From Chlamydiia bacterium (lineage in GTDB: Bacteria > Chlamydiota > Chlamydiia > Chlamydiales > 2-12-FULL-49-11): 35,223 bases of DNA. Of the stretch, positions 31,918 through 35,223 are shown one piece after another. The notes beneath the pieces are model-generated. The model saw nothing but the letters and a program-made list of their open reading frames with translations, had not been told where the DNA came from and searched no databases. Position numbers and translations under genes: made by a program. The DNA is taken from positions 1 to 35,223 of the forward strand of contig JBIKLZ010000006.1 of NCBI GenBank assembly GCA_044359535.1. The letters are read 5' to 3'. The first letter of the stretch is position 1. Every line of letters starts with the position of its first letter.

Positions 31918-32790
31918 TTAGGAAACACTCAATTCTTCAACAAGTGTTTCTAACGAATCGATATTATCATTTTTCATTTGGGTCAACAATGGGTCTAGTT
32001 TCTCTTTCAATATCCCATAAAGTGTTGTTGTAAACCCCATTAAACGTTCTTCATCTACAATTAAGGGTGTAGAGCCTCTTACTGCCAAAAGATCGGCTAT
32101 CCAATCATATTTAATTTTTGATTGATATCTTTCCTTAAAATCTTCTGTAGGGCTACCATTAAAGTAATCCAACCAACTCTGAAAATCTTTAAAGGCAAGC
32201 TCTTCATAGAGTCTTTTTAATTCATCATCTGTCAATAAAGTAAGTTTTTCTGTATCTTGGATAGACAACATCTCTAAAGGGGTATCTTTATGAATACCTA
32301 AGATTAAAAGCAGTTGTCTCATTTGGTTTTCTTCAATCTTTAGACCCTCTTCTTCTCCAATAAATTGAATCACAGTCAATACATTTGCAAGAGGGTGATC
32401 AAAAGGAGTAGGGTGTTTTTCAAAATAACATTTCCAACTGTCCTCTCTTAAAGAAGAAAGATCCATTTTAAGACTAAAATTTCTAAGCCTGTCTACTTTA
32501 GGTGGCAAAACTACTTTTAAATCTACCCATTTATAGATCTCACCATCGGGAACATAGACTTGAAGTTTCATCTTAGAAAAACCCCTTCTGTCTGTAACAA
32601 GTGTGGTTGTTTCAATGGCTTGACCTGTTGGATCGTTGTCTTTGCGAGAAAAAAGTATCTTCTGATCACTTTTTCTACCATAAAATAGCCCTGTAGGTAA
32701 AGTGACTTGAACATTACTTATAGATTGAAATGGAAAAGGATCCACTGTAAACCAGATAATATCTCCATTTGGTCCAAGTTTGGTAGCCAT
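31918..32790 (-). CDS. Hypothetical protein
   Basis: 290-aa ORF with AAGGA RBS. Confidence 0.7.
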   Translation of the reverse strand: MATKLGPNGDIIWFTVDPFPFQSISNVQVTLPTGLFYGRKSDQKILFSRKDNDPTGQAIETTTLVTDRRGFSKMKLQVYVPDGEIYKWVDLKVVLPPKVDRLRNFSLKMDLSSLREDSWKCYFEKHPTPFDHPLANVLTVIQFIGEEEGLKIEENQMRQLLLILGIHKDTPLEMLSIQDTEKLTLLTDDELKRLYEELAFKDFQSWLDYFNGSPTEDFKERYQSKIKYDWIADLLAVRGSTPLIVDEERLMGFTTTLYGILKEKLDPLLTQMKNDNIDSLETLVEELSVS

Positions 32791-32955
32791 AATTCTTTAT
32801 CCTTTAATTTTTTAAGCAGAGAAACCATATACAGTGGATGAATAAAAGTAAAGGCTAAGGGACTTTATACACCGACAATAGCTCCATCTATCGGTCCAAA
32901 ATCCCCTTCTAAATAAGATTGGAATATAAAGATTTTTAAGATATAGAAAGCAGCT

Positions 32956-33102
32956 ATGGGCCCCTTTAAACCATTTCTTTTTCCTCTACTTTTAGCTCTT
33001 TTTTCCGGGTGCTCATTGTACACAACACCTGAAGTCACACCCTCTCACCCTGCAAGCATCGTTTTTTCTTTAAAGAATAAGGAGATGGACTGTGAAAAAT
33101 AA
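32956..33102 (+). CDS. Small lipoprotein (48 aa) heading the TolC operon
   Basis: MGPFKPFLFPLLLALFSGCSLYTTPEVTPSHPASIVFSLKNKEMDCEK; lipobox FSGC; overlaps the TolC start; below the ORF-track cutoff. Confidence 0.65.
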   Translation: MGPFKPFLFPLLLALFSGCSLYTTPEVTPSHPASIVFSLKNKEMDCEK

Positions 33103-34453
33103 ATGGATACCCCTTTTTTTTCTTTGTGCATTAGTAGGATGCTACCCACAAGCAGATAAAAAAAGCGATGCCATTTTTACTCAGATTAAGGATCAAATTT
33201 CCCCTTTATCAGAAGGGGAAATCTATTGGAATTCTGATTCTAAGGTGATCGAAGAGGTCTCTTTAGAAGAACTTCTTAAAGAAGATTTAACGGTAGAAAA
33301 GGCTGTTCAAATAGCTTTATTAAACAACCCTTCTTTGCAAGCTGAATATGAAAAAATTGGTATTGCTTCAGCAAAATATCGACAAGCTGGACTGCTTCAA
33401 AATCCATTTTTTATGTTTAACTATCAATTTGCTTCTTCTTCAGCTTCTACCGATCAAATAAATCTTAATATTATTCAAAACTTCTTAGAGATCTTCCTCC
33501 TCCCTTTGAAAAAGAAGGTGGCTTCTCAAGAAATTCTCCTTTTAAAAAATGACATTTTAGAAAAAATTGTCGACCTTATCGCTCAAACAAAAATCGCCTT
33601 TCATACCGTTCAAATCGATCACTCTATCCTTGATCTTCGGAAAAAAATTGCAGAACTAAAACACCTTTCATATGAAGCAGCCCTTCTTTTACGCTGTGCA
33701 GGAAACACCTCGCCCCTGTTTATCGCTGAAAAAAAAATGGAGTTTGAACGAGCAAAGCTTGCCCTGACCACTGCTGAAAATGCCTTTTTTAATTCCAAAG
33801 AGGATCTAAATGTATTAATGGGGGTTTGGGGAAAAGACATTCATTGGTCCTTTGATCCCCATATTGAACCCTTAAGCACCCCATCTACTCTTATTTCTGA
33901 ATGTGAGAAACATTCGATCCAAAACAATTTTCAGCTTAAAAATCGATTTGAACGGATGAAACAACGGGCCGCAGAACTATCGATTGATACAACCTCTCTT
34001 TTGTTTCCCGAAATTTCTTTTGGCTATAGTAGTAATTACCAAGATTACGTCTGGTGTATTGGTCCACAAGTAAGCATTAATCTTCCCATATTTGACATTG
34101 GAAAAGTTCAATCAATGAAGGCAAAAGCTGAGATTGCTTACCTATGGAAACAATTTACCTCCGAAGCTGTGACCCTTCGATCCATTGTTCGAAGAGCCAC
34201 AGATAACTTTTATTATTGCCATAATCAAGCCCTTCTCATTGAAGAACAGATCCTTCCTACTGTACAAAAGGTTTTTAATGAAACTATAATTCAACATAAT
34301 GATTTGAATCTTTCACTATTTGATCTATTACAAGCAAAAGAAGAGGTGTTTGAAAAGCAGATTACTCTCCTTGAAAAACAATCTCAATTGTATAGAAAAA
34401 CCCTCTTTCTTCAAGCCCTTTCTCGTGGGGTTGTCCTTTCGGAGAATTTTTAA
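33092..34453 (+). CDS. TolC-family outer membrane efflux lipoprotein (type found in copper-resistance operons)
   Basis: Lipobox LVGC, LT..KAVQIALLNNPSLQA, QAGLLQNP, LPIFD.G, LFDLL.AK; AAGGAG RBS. Confidence 0.85.
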   Translation: MKNKWIPLFFLCALVGCYPQADKKSDAIFTQIKDQISPLSEGEIYWNSDSKVIEEVSLEELLKEDLTVEKAVQIALLNNPSLQAEYEKIGIASAKYRQAGLLQNPFFMFNYQFASSSASTDQINLNIIQNFLEIFLLPLKKKVASQEILLLKNDILEKIVDLIAQTKIAFHTVQIDHSILDLRKKIAELKHLSYEAALLLRCAGNTSPLFIAEKKMEFERAKLALTTAENAFFNSKEDLNVLMGVWGKDIHWSFDPHIEPLSTPSTLISECEKHSIQNNFQLKNRFERMKQRAAELSIDTTSLLFPEISFGYSSNYQDYVWCIGPQVSINLPIFDIGKVQSMKAKAEIAYLWKQFTSEAVTLRSIVRRATDNFYYCHNQALLIEEQILPTVQKVFNETIIQHNDLNLSLFDLLQAKEEVFEKQITLLEKQSQLYRKTLFLQALSRGVVLSENF

Positions 34454-35223
34454 ATGAAAAAAAGGGCTTTTTTCTCTTTTGCAACCCTTTTTGCCTCCCA
34501 ATGTTTTTTATCTCTGCCTACAATTGATTACTTGCCTGTCCTTGTCCCAAATGGGGTGACAGCTCCTTATAGTCTTGTGGGCCAATATAAAGTTTTTCAC
34601 CTTATTGCTGAAGAAATTTCTTGGGAAATTGCCCCCACTATTACCGTTAGCACTTGGGGTTTTAATAAAAGGACCCCTGGCCCTTTAATTGAACTTTGTG
34701 AACTAGATAAAGTACGCATTTACGTAACCAATAACCTCCCTTCCCCTATTACTCTTCATTTCGAAGGGTCAAACTCTTTGTGTAAAGAAAATGAAACGGT
34801 TATTCCTCAAGGAGAAACCTATATTTATGAACCCATTTTTAAAGATGCCGGAACCTTCATTTATTCTTCCCAAAATGACAAAGAGTTTGAACACAGCACT
34901 CATTTAAACGGGATGATCGTTGTTCATAAAAGAGAATTGGATAAAAAAAAGTGGGCTGATCGAGATTTTGCACTCCTTCTTCAAGAATTTTCATCCTCAA
35001 AAGAGGGACAAACTCCAAGAAATCTGATCACATTAAATGGAAAAATAGCCCCTTTCTTTGAGCCCTTAGTCGCTGATGTCGGAGATAGAATCTGGATTCG
35101 AGTGGCTAATTCTAGCCCTACCCATTCTTTTTCTCTTGATCTTCAAGGGGAAAATTTTACAATCATTGACTCTGATTCCCTGTGTACAAACAAGAAAAAC
35201 CCTCCTTTTCCAGAAACCTCCCT
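34454..35223 (+). CDS. Multicopper-oxidase-fold protein (partial) with degenerate copper motifs
   Basis: Open from ATG 34454 to the window end: PNG, KVFHLIAE, WGFN..TPGPLIE, VRIYVTNNLP, GTFIY, DRDF..LLQE, LNGK, GDRIWIRVAN. Confidence 0.82.
   Translation, partial: MKKRAFFSFATLFASQCFLSLPTIDYLPVLVPNGVTAPYSLVGQYKVFHLIAEEISWEIAPTITVSTWGFNKRTPGPLIELCELDKVRIYVTNNLPSPITLHFEGSNSLCKENETVIPQGETYIYEPIFKDAGTFIYSSQNDKEFEHSTHLNGMIVVHKRELDKKKWADRDFALLLQEFSSSKEGQTPRNLITLNGKIAPFFEPLVADVGDRIWIRVANSSPTHSFSLDLQGENFTIIDSDSLCTNKKNPPFPETS

Noticed and set aside
32822..32837. NrdR-box-like AAACCATATACAGTGG
   Set aside because: Single imperfect copy, not upstream of ribonucleotide reductase genes.
20517..33840. Short ORFs nested in or antisense to nhaD, kdsD, gltT, the RNA-modification genes, lspA and tolC
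   Set aside because: Fully overlapped by well-supported genes and without motifs of their own.

Overview
Chromosomal segment of an environmental Chlamydiota bacterium. The assignment rests on chlamydial 16S signatures and chlamydia-like kdsD/gltT/lpxK/spoU/lspA/nrdR synteny. The window has three parts. (1) 1-12.3 kb is an accessory island. It holds a translationally coupled minus-strand operon grpB -> CPT-like kinase/GNAT fusion -> APH(9)-like kinase/GNAT fusion -> ABC exporter, and a FlaR-like kinase. Next comes a ~2.8 kb mosaic of abutting gene fragments: SnoaL, class D beta-lactamase, Asp/Glu racemase, YdeN hydrolase, amine oxidase, IS66 end, D-Ala-D-Ala dipeptidase, methyltransferase and IS1202-like end, around an intact phzF. 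Two signal-peptide-bearing flavoenzymes close the island. (2) 13.0-18.6 kb is a complete minus-strand 16S-23S-5S operon whose tRNA-less ITS is a chain of hairpins. (3) 19-35 kb is mostly core genes: three tiny Inc-like paralogues, nhaD, kdsD, an antisense-oriented icd, gltT, lpxK, a candidate sRNA with its own promoter and terminator, RNA-modification genes, cinA, lspA-nrdR (no dksA), an orphan ZnuA/TroA lipoprotein, and a lipoprotein-TolC-multicopper-oxidase-like operon whose oxidase has lost most visible copper ligands. Family calls come from motif recognition only; no searches were run.
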